Origin: a virus
Taxonomy: Duplodnaviria; Caudoviricetes
Reading direction: 5' to 3' (one strand)
Length of the DNA: 64,000 bases
Virus record (IMG/VR): IMGVR_UViG_3300023108_000002
Below, one piece after another: positions 1-10,450 of the stretch. The notes under the pieces were generated by a model. That model was not told the DNA's origin and ran no database searches. It saw nothing but the letters and a program-made list of their open reading frames with translations. A program made the translations under genes and the position numbers. How positions within the stretch are numbered: position 1 is the first letter of the stretch; every line of letters begins with the position of its first letter.

Positions 1-2
1 GT

Positions 3-2315
3 ACTGGTTGGTATAAGATTGCTACAGTACAGAATGACTCACCAACAGCAATCACTGGCGTTTCTGGATCTTATTCACTGGAAACTGACGGAACTCCTAC
101 TGTAATCACAGCGGTTTCTACAGACCCTGAAGGATTCCCTCTGACATGGAGTTATTCTACAAGTGGACTTGGAAGTATTGCTACAGTATCGCAAACAGAT
201 AATGTATTCACAATAACTCCTAGTACTGATGATGCCAATATTGGAACTTTTACTTTAACAATTAATGCAACTGATGGTGTTAATGGTGCGGTTAGTGCAA
301 ATACATCAATCACTCTACAATTTTATATTGCAAACAGTAATTATACAACCTTGTTAGCAACAGCAGTAGATACATCAGACAACAACAATATAACCGATAG
401 TTCAGTTAACAACCATACGATCACAGTTAATGGTGATGCCATCGCTGGTACGTTTAGTCCGTATAGACATGGTGGATACAGTGCTTATTTTGATGGTGTA
501 GATTCTAGACTTTTCATACCAAACAATGAATTAGAAATAACTACACAAGATTTCACAATTGAAGCATGGATAAATTTTGAAATAGGTCTTATTACTATTC
601 AAGTTGCAAGTAATGGCGAGTGGCTTACAGGAGATAATGTAGGTTATAGTTTCAGAATTCAAACTTCTGGGAAAATTCAGCTTTCAGGTTCTGTCGGCGT
701 TTGGAACTCATCATCAATCTTTTACACTTCTACGAATTCCGTGCCAAGTAATGAATGGGCTCATATTGCTATATGCAGAGAATCTGGAGTTATCAGTTCG
801 TATATAAATGGTATTAAAGATCCAACAACTGCAAATTATTCTTCTTCACTAAATCAACTTGGAGATAACGATGGAACCGCTAATGTTGGGTATTCTTATG
901 TTGGCGCATATATTGCAGACAATACTGTGACTGGGGTGCCCACAGGATATATGGCTGATTTTCATTTTAAATTAGGCTCAGCAAAATATAATTCTAATTT
1001 TGATGTTCCAACAGAAAGATTAACAGCTGAAGCTGGAACCACTATATTATTATTTAACGACAACACAATAAAAGATAACTCTACAAATTCATTTACTGTA
1101 ACGCCTTTAGGGGGTATAAGTTTACCGCCTAAAGGGCCCTTTGACAATTTACAGTACTCAACAGGAATACACGGTGGTTCTGTTTACTTTGATGGGTCTG
1201 GGGATTATTTAAGTGTTCCTGACGATGCTTCGCTAGATTTAGGTACAGGCGACTTTACTTTAGAAGCTTGGGTTCGTATGGATAGTACATCAGGTAATAG
1301 AATAATTTTTGAAAGATATACTTCTGGAAATAATGGAAGCTTCCAATTGTACTATAGAGGTACTGGCAACTCTATAGCTTTCTGGACTGTGGCCGACGGT
1401 GTTATTGCTCAAGATCCAAGTTCTTCTACTATTAAAGTAGGCTTTTGGCACCATATAGTTGCTACTAGAGAGAGTGGTACTTTAAAATTATATGTCGATG
1501 GTTCTCAAGTAGCATCTGCTTCATGCACAACAAATTTTGATAGCACGTTATCTTTAACGGTTGGTGCACAGGTAAGTACTGGAACAAATTACTTTGGCGG
1601 TTATATATCTGATTGCCGGATAGTTAAAGGAACTGCTGTTTACACATCAAATTTCACTCCACCAACTGCTCCTCTTACTGCTATTACAAACACTTCATTA
1701 CTTCTTTCAGGAACAGACGCTTCAGTCATTGATAAATCCCAGACTAATAATCTCCAGCTTGTTGGAAACACTACTGGATCAACCACTCAGGCTAAGTTTG
1801 CTAATACTAAGTCAATGTATTTTGATGGAAGCGGTGATTATGTAAGTATTGCAAGCAATCCGGCATTTGGTTTTGGCACTGGTGATTTTACAATAGAGTT
1901 TTGGACTTATTGGGGTGGTACATTAAATACAGGAAATGGTGGCGCTTTTGTAGGACTCAGATCAGCTGTGGCAGCAGAGGCACTCGTTGTCTACTTAAGC
2001 ACATCAGGTGAAATTATGTTTTATGATGGTCCTGCAAATGTAGAGGTTGGTTCTGGAGTTACTATAACCCAAGAATGGACACATATTGCCCTTACTAGAG
2101 AGAGCGGATTATGGAGAATATTTGTTAATGGAACACTCGGCGCAACAAGAAATAGCAGTACCGATTTAGGTAGTTCGAAGCCTTGCCGAATAGGTCAAGC
2201 CGTAAATGGTACGACAACTTCGTATCACGGATATATTCAAGATTTAAGAGTCACTAAAGGTCTTGCAAGATACACCGCAAACTTTACACCGCCAACAGAA
2301 CCACTAAAAGGATAA
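3..2315 (+). CDS. LamG/concanavalin-A-like repeat virion fibre/adhesin protein (5'-truncated)
   Basis: The frame of the 351..2315 ORF stays open back to position 3 (TGWYKIATVQNDSP...TDPEGFPLTWS..., cadherin/Ig-like). Three LamG-type repeats follow (YFDG(S)GDY...GTGDFT(I/L)E(A/F)W; two end in FTPPT(A/E)PL). Confidence 0.8.
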   Translation, partial: TGWYKIATVQNDSPTAITGVSGSYSLETDGTPTVITAVSTDPEGFPLTWSYSTSGLGSIATVSQTDNVFTITPSTDDANIGTFTLTINATDGVNGAVSANTSITLQFYIANSNYTTLLATAVDTSDNNNITDSSVNNHTITVNGDAIAGTFSPYRHGGYSAYFDGVDSRLFIPNNELEITTQDFTIEAWINFEIGLITIQVASNGEWLTGDNVGYSFRIQTSGKIQLSGSVGVWNSSSIFYTSTNSVPSNEWAHIAICRESGVISSYINGIKDPTTANYSSSLNQLGDNDGTANVGYSYVGAYIADNTVTGVPTGYMADFHFKLGSAKYNSNFDVPTERLTAEAGTTILLFNDNTIKDNSTNSFTVTPLGGISLPPKGPFDNLQYSTGIHGGSVYFDGSGDYLSVPDDASLDLGTGDFTLEAWVRMDSTSGNRIIFERYTSGNNGSFQLYYRGTGNSIAFWTVADGVIAQDPSSSTIKVGFWHHIVATRESGTLKLYVDGSQVASASCTTNFDSTLSLTVGAQVSTGTNYFGGYISDCRIVKGTAVYTSNFTPPTAPLTAITNTSLLLSGTDASVIDKSQTNNLQLVGNTTGSTTQAKFANTKSMYFDGSGDYVSIASNPAFGFGTGDFTIEFWTYWGGTLNTGNGGAFVGLRSAVAAEALVVYLSTSGEIMFYDGPANVEVGSGVTITQEWTHIALTRESGLWRIFVNGTLGATRNSSTDLGSSKPCRIGQAVNGTTTSYHGYIQDLRVTKGLARYTANFTPPTEPLKG

Positions 2316-2326
2316 ACTCAAAAACA

Positions 2327-2334
2327 TATAAATA
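2327..2334 (+). promoter_or_regulatory. T4-type late promoter TATAAATA
   Basis: Exact T4 gp55 consensus immediately upstream of gp13. Confidence 0.85.
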
Positions 2335-2357
2335 GTCATATCAAAGAGAGGTATGAC

Positions 2358-3104
2358 ATGGCCGTAGTTACATCCAGAACAGAATTCAAATCTTATTGTC
2401 TAAGAAAATTGGGTTCTCCCGTAATTCAAATAAATGTAGCAGATGAACAGGTAGAAGATAGAATTGATGATGCATTGGAGTATTATCAAGATTATCACTA
2501 TGATGCAGTTGAAGATACATATCTTGCACATCAAATTACTCAGACGGATATGGATAATAAATACATTCCTATCAATAATAATATTATTGGTATCAAACAA
2601 GTAATTCCTTTATTTCAATCGGAAAATAGTTCAACAAATATGTTTGATATTAGATATCAACTTTTCTTGAATGATGTTTATGATTTACAAAGTGCAGAAA
2701 TGTTGACTTATCAACTAACACAAGATCATCTTCAAATGGTAAATGAAATCATTACTGGAAGAGTTCCAATTCGTTATAATAGACATGTGAATAAATTATA
2801 TCTTGATATTGATTGGACTGCTGCTGTTAGTGTAGGAGAAAATATTATCATAGAAGCAACAAGAGTTATAGACCCAGACACATATACTGATGTATGGAAT
2901 GATAGATGGCTTAAAAGGTATGCAACTGCTCTTATTAAAAAACAATGGGGAGAAAATCTAACAAAATACGAAGGTGTTCAATTGCCTGGCGGAATTACTT
3001 TCAATGGTAGTAGAATTTTAGATGAAGCAAATCAAGAAATTGAAAAGTTGGAACAGGAAATGTCTTTAAGTTACGAGCTTCCAGTAGATATCATGGTAGG
3101 ATAA
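2358..3104 (+). CDS. gp13: neck protein gp13
   Basis: YCLRKLGSPVIQINVADEQVEDRIDDAL and WLKRYATALIKKQWGENLTKYEGVQLPGG; synteny. Confidence 0.93.
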   Translation: MAVVTSRTEFKSYCLRKLGSPVIQINVADEQVEDRIDDALEYYQDYHYDAVEDTYLAHQITQTDMDNKYIPINNNIIGIKQVIPLFQSENSSTNMFDIRYQLFLNDVYDLQSAEMLTYQLTQDHLQMVNEIITGRVPIRYNRHVNKLYLDIDWTAAVSVGENIIIEATRVIDPDTYTDVWNDRWLKRYATALIKKQWGENLTKYEGVQLPGGITFNGSRILDEANQEIEKLEQEMSLSYELPVDIMVG

Positions 3105-3105
3105 G

Positions 3106-3756
3106 ATGGCAACTAATCCTTATATAAACACTATCAACTTTACGGCTGAACAGGATTTGATTGGAAATCTAGTAATAGAATCGATTCAAATGCATGGACA
3201 AGATTTTATATATGTTCCAAGACAGATTGTAAATGAAGATACAATATTTAATGAAGATACATTGAGTTCGTTCACTGAAACACATACTATAGAAATGCAT
3301 ATAGAAAGTGTTGATGGGTTTGAAGGTGAGGGTGATATGTTATCTAAATTTGGATTGGAAGTTAGAGATCAGCTAATTACAACTGTTTCGATAAGTAGAT
3401 TTACTGAAGTCACATCAACTGAAAGACCAAAAGTTGGAGATTTATTATATTTTCCCATAACAGATAAAGTTTTTGAAATTAAGTTTGTCGAAGATGAGGT
3501 TCCATTTTTTCAACTTGGAAAAATGCATGTATATCGATTAACATGTGAATTATTCTCATGGGCAAGAGAAACAATCAATACTGGAATAAACGAAATTGAT
3601 AATAACTTTATTGCGCCCGCACAACCGGCAGCTGCGGTTGATAGTACAGTAGATAATTCACCAGATCCAGACACGCAACTTATTCCATTGTCTCCACAAA
3701 CAGTCGATGGTGTCATTGACTTTACGAAAACAAATCCATTTAGTGAGGATTACTAA
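3106..3756 (+). CDS. gp14: neck protein gp14
   Basis: EQDLIGNLVIESIQMHG, FEGEGDMLSKFGLEVRD, FFQLGK..Y.LTCELF, DFTKTNPF; synteny. Confidence 0.92.
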   Translation: MATNPYINTINFTAEQDLIGNLVIESIQMHGQDFIYVPRQIVNEDTIFNEDTLSSFTETHTIEMHIESVDGFEGEGDMLSKFGLEVRDQLITTVSISRFTEVTSTERPKVGDLLYFPITDKVFEIKFVEDEVPFFQLGKMHVYRLTCELFSWARETINTGINEIDNNFIAPAQPAAAVDSTVDNSPDPDTQLIPLSPQTVDGVIDFTKTNPFSEDY

Positions 3757-4520
3757 TGTTAGGTAATGCACATTTTTATAGAAGCACAATTAGAAATTAT
3801 GTGATTGCATTTGGTTCTATATTCAACGATATAGATATAGAAAAAACTGACGCGAATGGAAATGTTTTACAAGTTATTAGAGTTCCTATCTCATATGGGC
3901 CGACAGAAAAATATCTTTCAAGAATTAATAAAATAACTACAACTGGAGATCCAGCAATTGTTCTACCAAGAATGAGTTTTGAAATTTCTGGTTTTAATTA
4001 TGCAGCGGATAGAAAATTACCAAAAATTAAAAAATTATCAAAACAAAATTCCTCTGATGCAGATAAGAAGAATCTTGTGTATCAACCAGTTCCATATGAT
4101 ATTGGATTTACACTTTCTATTATGACAAAAAATGCGGATGACGCAATGCAAATTGTGGAACAAATTCTTCCATATTTTACTCCATCATTTATTATTCCAA
4201 TTAAAGAAGCAAATGAACTAGGTATCGTAAGAGATACAGCTCTTACATTAGAGTCTGTAGATTATTCTGATGATTATGAAGGCGACTATATATCTAGAAG
4301 AGCTCTCATTTGGACATTAGGATTTAATATGTCTGGTTATCTATATGGATTACCAAGAGAACAAAAAATTATTAGAACTGCAACTACAAATGTAAAAGGA
4401 TTGCCAGATCAAACTACACAGTTTTCTAAAAGTACAATTACTACAGACCCAATTGATGCGCGGAGTACAGACAATTATACTTTCATAGAAACTTATGATG
4501 ATTACTTTGGGGATGAATAA
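3756..4520 (+). CDS. gp15: tail sheath stabilizer/completion protein gp15
   Basis: HFYRSTIRNYVIAFGSIFNDI, LPRMSFEI, PVPYDIGFTLSI, QIVEQILPYFTP. Confidence 0.93.
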   Translation: MLGNAHFYRSTIRNYVIAFGSIFNDIDIEKTDANGNVLQVIRVPISYGPTEKYLSRINKITTTGDPAIVLPRMSFEISGFNYAADRKLPKIKKLSKQNSSDADKKNLVYQPVPYDIGFTLSIMTKNADDAMQIVEQILPYFTPSFIIPIKEANELGIVRDTALTLESVDYSDDYEGDYISRRALIWTLGFNMSGYLYGLPREQKIIRTATTNVKGLPDQTTQFSKSTITTDPIDARSTDNYTFIETYDDYFGDE

Positions 4521-4978
4521 TGAAAAAGACATTGAATGATAAATTAAGTGATTATTTAGAAATAGAAAATAAAATTGAAGAACAATCTAAAGAAATAATC
4601 GAAAAACAAAAAAGTAATATTGAACAATATTCTACAAGAGATCAAAGAAGTCAGGATTTGTTTGATGATTATAACGATCATAGAGATACATTGAAAGACT
4701 TGGTTTCTATGGGACAAGAGAGTTTAGCCAGTTTGATTCAATTAGCAAAAGAGAGCGAACATCCAAGAGCATATGAGGTTGCGGGACAACTGATGAAAAC
4801 AACTGGCGAGTTAACAAAAGACTTGATCGAATTACAACTCACTATGAATAAAATTGAAAACACAAAAGATGGCGGAAAACCCGCCAAGGTCACAAACAAT
4901 GCTATTTTTGTTGGAAACACAAACGACTTGTTAGAGACTCTAAGAGGAAAAAATAGAGAAGAAAAATCTGATGAGTAG
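4520..4978 (+). CDS. gp16: terminase small subunit gp16
   Basis: AKESEHPRAYEVAGQLMK and TNNAIFVGNTNDL; directly upstream of gp17. Confidence 0.92.
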   Translation: MKKTLNDKLSDYLEIENKIEEQSKEIIEKQKSNIEQYSTRDQRSQDLFDDYNDHRDTLKDLVSMGQESLASLIQLAKESEHPRAYEVAGQLMKTTGELTKDLIELQLTMNKIENTKDGGKPAKVTNNAIFVGNTNDLLETLRGKNREEKSDE

Positions 4979-6599
4979 TGACATTTATTTAAACAATCCA
5001 AATTTAAAGGCTGTTGGAGTAGAAATAGATTGGAGTGAAGAACAGGCAGCAGAATATGTAAAATGTATGGAAGATCCTGTGCATTTTGTAAAAACATATA
5101 TGAAAATTGTGAATGTTGATAAAGGACTTGTAAATTTTGAGTTATATCCATTCCAAGAAAAAATGATACGTTCTTTCAATGAAAACCGTTTTACTATCTG
5201 TAAGATTGGTAGACAGTCTGGAAAATCAATTACATGTATTGCATTTTTCTTACACTATATTCTTTTTAATAAAGATGTGTCGGTTGCATTGCTTGCAAAC
5301 AAATTGGCTACTGCAAGGGAATTGTTGAGTAGACTGCAAAGAGCATATGAAAATTTACCTCATTGGTTGCAACAGGGAGTGATGGTTTGGAACAAGGGCT
5401 CTATTGAATTAGAAAATGGAGCAAAGGTTTTGGCAGCTGCCACATCTTCAAGTGCAATTCGGGGTGGTTCGTATAACATTCTTTTCTTAGACGAATTCGC
5501 ATTTGTTCCAAATGAAATTGCCGAAGAGTTTTTTAATTCTGTGTATCCTACAATTTCATCTGGACAATCTACAAAGGTTATTATTGTTTCTACTCCACAA
5601 GGAATGAATCACTTTTATAAATTATGGGTAGACGCAGAAGAAGGAAGAAATACATATAATCCAATATCTGTTCATTGGAGTGAAGTTCCTGGCCGAGATG
5701 AAAAGTGGAAACAAACTACAATTAAAAATACAAGTCCAGAACAGTTTAGACAAGAATTTGATACGGAATTTTTAGGCAGCACAAACACATTAATAAATGT
5801 GACGAAATTGAAAAATATGCCATATAAAAATCCAAGAAAAGTTGGAGAAAATGGAAACTTAAAAATATATGGATTTCCGAAAGAAGGAAAAACTTATTTT
5901 TGTACAGTTGATGTTTCAAGAGGAAAGGGTGGAGATTATTCTGCATTTTCTATTTTTGATGCTTCCGAAGTTCCATATACACAGGTTGTAACTTATAGAT
6001 CTAATAATGTCCCTCCATTAGTTTATCCAACTATTATAAGAAGAGTTGCTCAAATGTATAATGAGGCTTATATATTAATAGAGGTAAATGATGTTGGCCA
6101 ACAAGTGAGTGACATCTTATATCACGATATGGAATATGAGAATCTAATAAGTATTAACAGCGATACAAGAAAAGGACAAAGTATAAGTTCTGGATTTTCA
6201 GGAAGAACAACAACTATGGGAATTCGCACAACCAAGGCTACAAAGAAAATTGGTTGTATGAATATGAAAAGTTTAATAGAAGAAGATAAATTAATCATAA
6301 AAGATTTTGATACTATCAATGAATTGACATCTTTTGTTTCTAAAGGTCATAAATATGAAGCAGAGACAGGAAAATTTGATGATTTGGTAGACACCTTAAT
6401 TTTGTTTTCGTGGATGACAACCGATAGTTTTTTCAAAGAACTATGTGACTTAGATACTAGACAAGAAATATACGAAGAAAGATTAAGACACTTAGAAGAG
6501 AATATGTTACCATTTGGATTTATTTCATCATCAAATTCCGCTGATATTTTTGTGGATGATGATGGAGATGTATGGACTACAGATGGCATGAATGTGTAA
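4971..6599 (+). CDS. gp17: terminase large subunit gp17
   Basis: Walker A-like GRQSGKS, LFLDEFAFV, RuvC-like C-terminal domain (TVDVSRG, DDLVD); no intein apparent. Confidence 0.97.
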   Translation: MSSDIYLNNPNLKAVGVEIDWSEEQAAEYVKCMEDPVHFVKTYMKIVNVDKGLVNFELYPFQEKMIRSFNENRFTICKIGRQSGKSITCIAFFLHYILFNKDVSVALLANKLATARELLSRLQRAYENLPHWLQQGVMVWNKGSIELENGAKVLAAATSSSAIRGGSYNILFLDEFAFVPNEIAEEFFNSVYPTISSGQSTKVIIVSTPQGMNHFYKLWVDAEEGRNTYNPISVHWSEVPGRDEKWKQTTIKNTSPEQFRQEFDTEFLGSTNTLINVTKLKNMPYKNPRKVGENGNLKIYGFPKEGKTYFCTVDVSRGKGGDYSAFSIFDASEVPYTQVVTYRSNNVPPLVYPTIIRRVAQMYNEAYILIEVNDVGQQVSDILYHDMEYENLISINSDTRKGQSISSGFSGRTTTMGIRTTKATKKIGCMNMKSLIEEDKLIIKDFDTINELTSFVSKGHKYEAETGKFDDLVDTLILFSWMTTDSFFKELCDLDTRQEIYEERLRHLEENMLPFGFISSSNSADIFVDDDGDVWTTDGMNV

Positions 6600-6620
6600 T
6601 TGTGGTGAGTTTAATGTTTT

Positions 6621-6628
6621 TATAAATA
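6621..6628 (+). promoter_or_regulatory. T4-type late promoter TATAAATA
   Basis: Exact consensus upstream of gp18. Confidence 0.85.
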
Positions 6629-6670
6629 AATAGAAAATAACTTTATAATTTAATCAAAGGAGATAAAAAA

Positions 6671-9600
6671 ATGGCATTCCAAGTAAGTCCTGGCGTTAAC
6701 ATTTCTGAAATTGATGCATCTACTAGCGTTCCAGCCTTAGTTACTAACATTGGTGCTATGGTTGGGAGATTTTCTAAAGGACCAGTTGGTCAAATCACAG
6801 AAGTCTCCAGCGAAGAAGAATTGGTGACAATTTTTGGCAAACCAAACAATGCAAATTATAAATCATGGTTTACGGCTGCGAATTTCTTAACATACTCAAA
6901 CTCTTTAAAAATAGTTAGAGTTGCAAATGATTCAGCAGTAGCACAAGCTAATAAGGCTCTAAATGCAGTATCAGGTAAAGTTACAGTTTCTTCTGCGACA
7001 GCAGGAACACAAACAGCAACAGGTACAGCAGAGTCATCAACTACAATATATGGTTCATCTGCACAAACATTTACTGCTGCAATCACAGGTTCAGTTCAGT
7101 CATTTGACCTTTTTGATGGGGTAAATGATGGTACTAACGATCAATATTTACTTCCTCGTTTGGATAATACAAGCGCATTGGTTACTGCAAATGGTTCAGC
7201 GGCCGGCACAGACACAAATATAAGAGACTTGATTGCATCTGATGTAACGGTTTCTGTTAGAGGTGTTGGAGAAACATCTGGCGGTCTAGTTCCAGCATCG
7301 AGATATGCTTTAGCTACTGGTACAAATTCTGGTGATGTTACTAAAATCACACTTCAGGAAGTTATTGGTGATAATTCTAACTCCGGCCCTTGGTATATTC
7401 ATGCTCAAGCAAACGCAGCATGGAAAACAGATGGAACAGGATATGCAACAGGTGGGTTCTTCTATCCACTATATACAAGAATGACTGATGCAAACGCAGC
7501 TGATTCTGCAGCGGGCGGTACTGGTTCTTCACACGGCCATTACTTCTCAAAATATGCTAGTGCGTTTGACTCAAGTTCAATTGCAGCTAACACTATCACA
7601 CTAACAAATGCAAATCATGGATTTGCACAAGGAGATGTTGTAATCTTTAAAGAAGGAACAGCAGGTGATACTTTAGGACTTACAGATGGAACATCATATT
7701 ATGTTGCAAGTGTAAGCGGTGCTGCTGTAACACTATCTGAAACATATACATATTCTACTAATACAGCTGGCGCAGAAATCGCTCTTTCAGCTGGCGCACA
7801 AGCAGACCATATGTTACATAAAGTATTTTATATGCCAGACCTTTCTACTTTGGCTGTACACGAAGGAGCTGCTGCACCAGCAGACACAAATATTCTTCTT
7901 TGGGCAAACAATAATGACGAAGTAGTTATTGCTGTAGCACTACAACAATCACACTTGATGGATACAGCGCCTGGTTCATATGCAGTTCAAAATGGACTCG
8001 TAACAGCAACTAACAGTGTTGATGGTGCATATTCGGCATCTGACTTTACAGTTTCAGCAAATAGTACGACTATTACATTTACATCAAATGCACCAGCAAC
8101 TGGAGAAACAGTAACAGTTATAGTCCCTGCGAGAAGATCGTTTCCATTGTCTCCAGCAGTAAATTCAACAACAGGACAAACTCTAGAAGTTGATGTTGCT
8201 GGAACTGCACAAGTTTCTGGAACCGATTTCACACTATCAGCTGATGGTGCAACGGTAACTTTCTCAACTGCCCCAGCAGACGCGGCCGCGATTACTTTCA
8301 CAATCAGAAACGCAGCTGCTAATTCATTCTCATATACTGGAGCAACTCTCTATATCAAAAATGATGATGATTTTGATAATAATTTTGGGTTTGGTGCGGC
8401 AGTTGCAAATGGTCATGAATTTGCAGCGAAACATCCAGGCACATGGGCAAATGGCATGAAAGTGTATATTGTAGATGAAACTACATATACAAACTTTAAA
8501 ACCACAAATCCTGCAATTGCCTCTGCACTCAAAGGTGTACCAAGAGCAAATGACATGACAATTGATTTGACAGCATCAAATCCAGTGGGAACCCCAGATA
8601 ACGAAAAACTCACACAAGGAATTTCGTTGGTCGTAACAATGACTGACCCACAAACTGGAACTGAAAGAGTTGTTGAAACTATCGAAGAGATGTCAAAGGC
8701 AGCAAATGGTAAAACAGAAGTTGGTGAAAATCGTTACTATGTAAATGTTATCAACTCCTCATCAAATTGGGTAAAAATTCTTAATCATCCAATTGCAAAT
8801 GGTGATTGGGGCGGTGATATTGTTGTAAGTAATGGAGGCAGTGTTGCTTCTAAGAGATCATTTGCAACATTGGCGACTTCTGGAAACACAGATGGAACTG
8901 AACTGTTCATTTCTCGCCCATTTGGTGGTGGACAAGATGGTATTACTCCAACTGTTCAACAGTTTCAAGCCGGATATGACATGTATGCAGACGCAGAAAA
9001 TGTAGACGTAGGTTTCATTTTACAGGGCGAAATGGCAGATGTAGCAGATAGTTTGGCTGCAGCGCAAGGTGCAGTTGGACACATCATTGATATCGCAATC
9101 TCAAGAAAAGATGCAATCGCATGTATTTCTCCTAGAGAAACAGATGTTGCCGCTGATAGAGATGCGATGTCTAGTGACAATACTATTGCATTCTTCCAAG
9201 GTGTTAAATCAAGCAACTATGCATTCGCAGACTCAAACTACAAATATATGAGTGATAAATTTAATAATACATATAGATATGTTCCATTCAATGGAGATAC
9301 TGCTGGATTGATGGTTAGAAGTGAATTGGAAAGAGATGCTTGGTATTCTCCAGCCGGATTTAATCGCGGTGTATATAGAGGCGTAGTAAAAACTATGCAA
9401 AATCAAACAAAAGCAGACAGAGATGCGCTTTATTCAGCAGCAATTAACCCTGTTGTTAGTTTTGCTGGACAAGGAACTGTTCTGTTTGGTGACAAAACCT
9501 TCACACAAAAACCATCTGCATTTAGTAGAATTAATGTTAGAAGATTGTTTATTGTTCTTGAGAAATCTATTGCAACTGCTGCTAAATTCACTCTATTCGA

Positions 9601-9856
9601 ATTCAACGACGAATTCACAAGATCTCAGTTTACATCTCTTATCGAACCATTCTTGAGAGATGTACAAGGTCGCCGTGGAATTTATGATTTTAAAGTTGTC
9701 TGTGACGCAACAAACAACACAAGTGAAGTGATAGATAGAAACGAATTTATTGGAGACATCTTTATTCAGCCTGCAAGATCAATCAACTTTATCCAACTCA
9801 ACTTTGTTGCAGTTAGGACAGGCGTTGATTTCAATGAAATTGTTGGTGCAGTTTAA
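6671..9856 (+). CDS. gp18: tail sheath protein gp18 with large internal insertion (1061 aa)
   Basis: N-terminal MAFQVSPGVNISEID and C-terminal WYSPAGFNRG, RINVRRLF, FEFNDEFTR, INFIQLNFVAVRTGV. About aa 100-560 are non-canonical beta-rich modules. Confidence 0.95.
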   Translation: MAFQVSPGVNISEIDASTSVPALVTNIGAMVGRFSKGPVGQITEVSSEEELVTIFGKPNNANYKSWFTAANFLTYSNSLKIVRVANDSAVAQANKALNAVSGKVTVSSATAGTQTATGTAESSTTIYGSSAQTFTAAITGSVQSFDLFDGVNDGTNDQYLLPRLDNTSALVTANGSAAGTDTNIRDLIASDVTVSVRGVGETSGGLVPASRYALATGTNSGDVTKITLQEVIGDNSNSGPWYIHAQANAAWKTDGTGYATGGFFYPLYTRMTDANAADSAAGGTGSSHGHYFSKYASAFDSSSIAANTITLTNANHGFAQGDVVIFKEGTAGDTLGLTDGTSYYVASVSGAAVTLSETYTYSTNTAGAEIALSAGAQADHMLHKVFYMPDLSTLAVHEGAAAPADTNILLWANNNDEVVIAVALQQSHLMDTAPGSYAVQNGLVTATNSVDGAYSASDFTVSANSTTITFTSNAPATGETVTVIVPARRSFPLSPAVNSTTGQTLEVDVAGTAQVSGTDFTLSADGATVTFSTAPADAAAITFTIRNAAANSFSYTGATLYIKNDDDFDNNFGFGAAVANGHEFAAKHPGTWANGMKVYIVDETTYTNFKTTNPAIASALKGVPRANDMTIDLTASNPVGTPDNEKLTQGISLVVTMTDPQTGTERVVETIEEMSKAANGKTEVGENRYYVNVINSSSNWVKILNHPIANGDWGGDIVVSNGGSVASKRSFATLATSGNTDGTELFISRPFGGGQDGITPTVQQFQAGYDMYADAENVDVGFILQGEMADVADSLAAAQGAVGHIIDIAISRKDAIACISPRETDVAADRDAMSSDNTIAFFQGVKSSNYAFADSNYKYMSDKFNNTYRYVPFNGDTAGLMVRSELERDAWYSPAGFNRGVYRGVVKTMQNQTKADRDALYSAAINPVVSFAGQGTVLFGDKTFTQKPSAFSRINVRRLFIVLEKSIATAAKFTLFEFNDEFTRSQFTSLIEPFLRDVQGRRGIYDFKVVCDATNNTSEVIDRNEFIGDIFIQPARSINFIQLNFVAVRTGVDFNEIVGAV

Positions 9857-9864
9857 TATAAATA
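9857..9864 (+). promoter_or_regulatory. T4-type late promoter TATAAATA
   Basis: Exact consensus between gp18 and gp19. Confidence 0.85.
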
Positions 9865-9885
9865 GATTAAAATAGGAGATAATAA

Positions 9886-10422
9886 ATGGCATTCAACATA
9901 GAAACATTCAAATCAAATTTTGGGGATGGTGGTGCAAGACCCAATCTATTCAGAGTACAGCTTACTATGCCAACTGGCGTAACACCATTACCAGACAATG
10001 CCGCGTTTCTTGTTCGTTCCGCACAAGTTCCTTCGTCCACCATTGCACAGGTGGACGTGCCATACTATGGTAGACAGGTAAGAGTGGCTGGAAATAGAAC
10101 TTTCGAACCGTGGACGGTGACAATTCTAAATAGAGAAGATTTCAATGTAAGAAATCGTCTTGAACAGTGGATGAACAATATCAATTCACACAATGGAAAC
10201 ACAACCACATATGCTGGCCAGGGATATAAAAGTGATGCTATTGTAGAACACTTTGGTAAAGCTGGAGAAGGTGACATTATTGCAAGATATGAATTTAGAG
10301 GTTTATTCCCAACAGAATTATCATCAATTGAATTATCATGGGATACAAATGATGTTGTAGAAGAATTTACATGTACTTTTGCCTACGATTATTGGCAACA
10401 CAGCGGCGTAGTAAGTTCTTAA
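9886..10422 (+). CDS. gp19: tail tube protein gp19
   Basis: GGARPNLFRV, AGNRTFEPWTVTILN, FPTELSSIELSWD, EEFTCTFAYDYW. Confidence 0.96.
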   Translation: MAFNIETFKSNFGDGGARPNLFRVQLTMPTGVTPLPDNAAFLVRSAQVPSSTIAQVDVPYYGRQVRVAGNRTFEPWTVTILNREDFNVRNRLEQWMNNINSHNGNTTTYAGQGYKSDAIVEHFGKAGEGDIIARYEFRGLFPTELSSIELSWDTNDVVEEFTCTFAYDYWQHSGVVSS

Positions 10423-10450
10423 GCAACTCAACTAGTTATTGGAATATAGT

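Noticed and set aside
351-2315. Diversity-generating retroelement target in the LamG repeats
   Set aside because: The repeats are diverged at all positions rather than only at adenines, and no reverse transcriptase is present.
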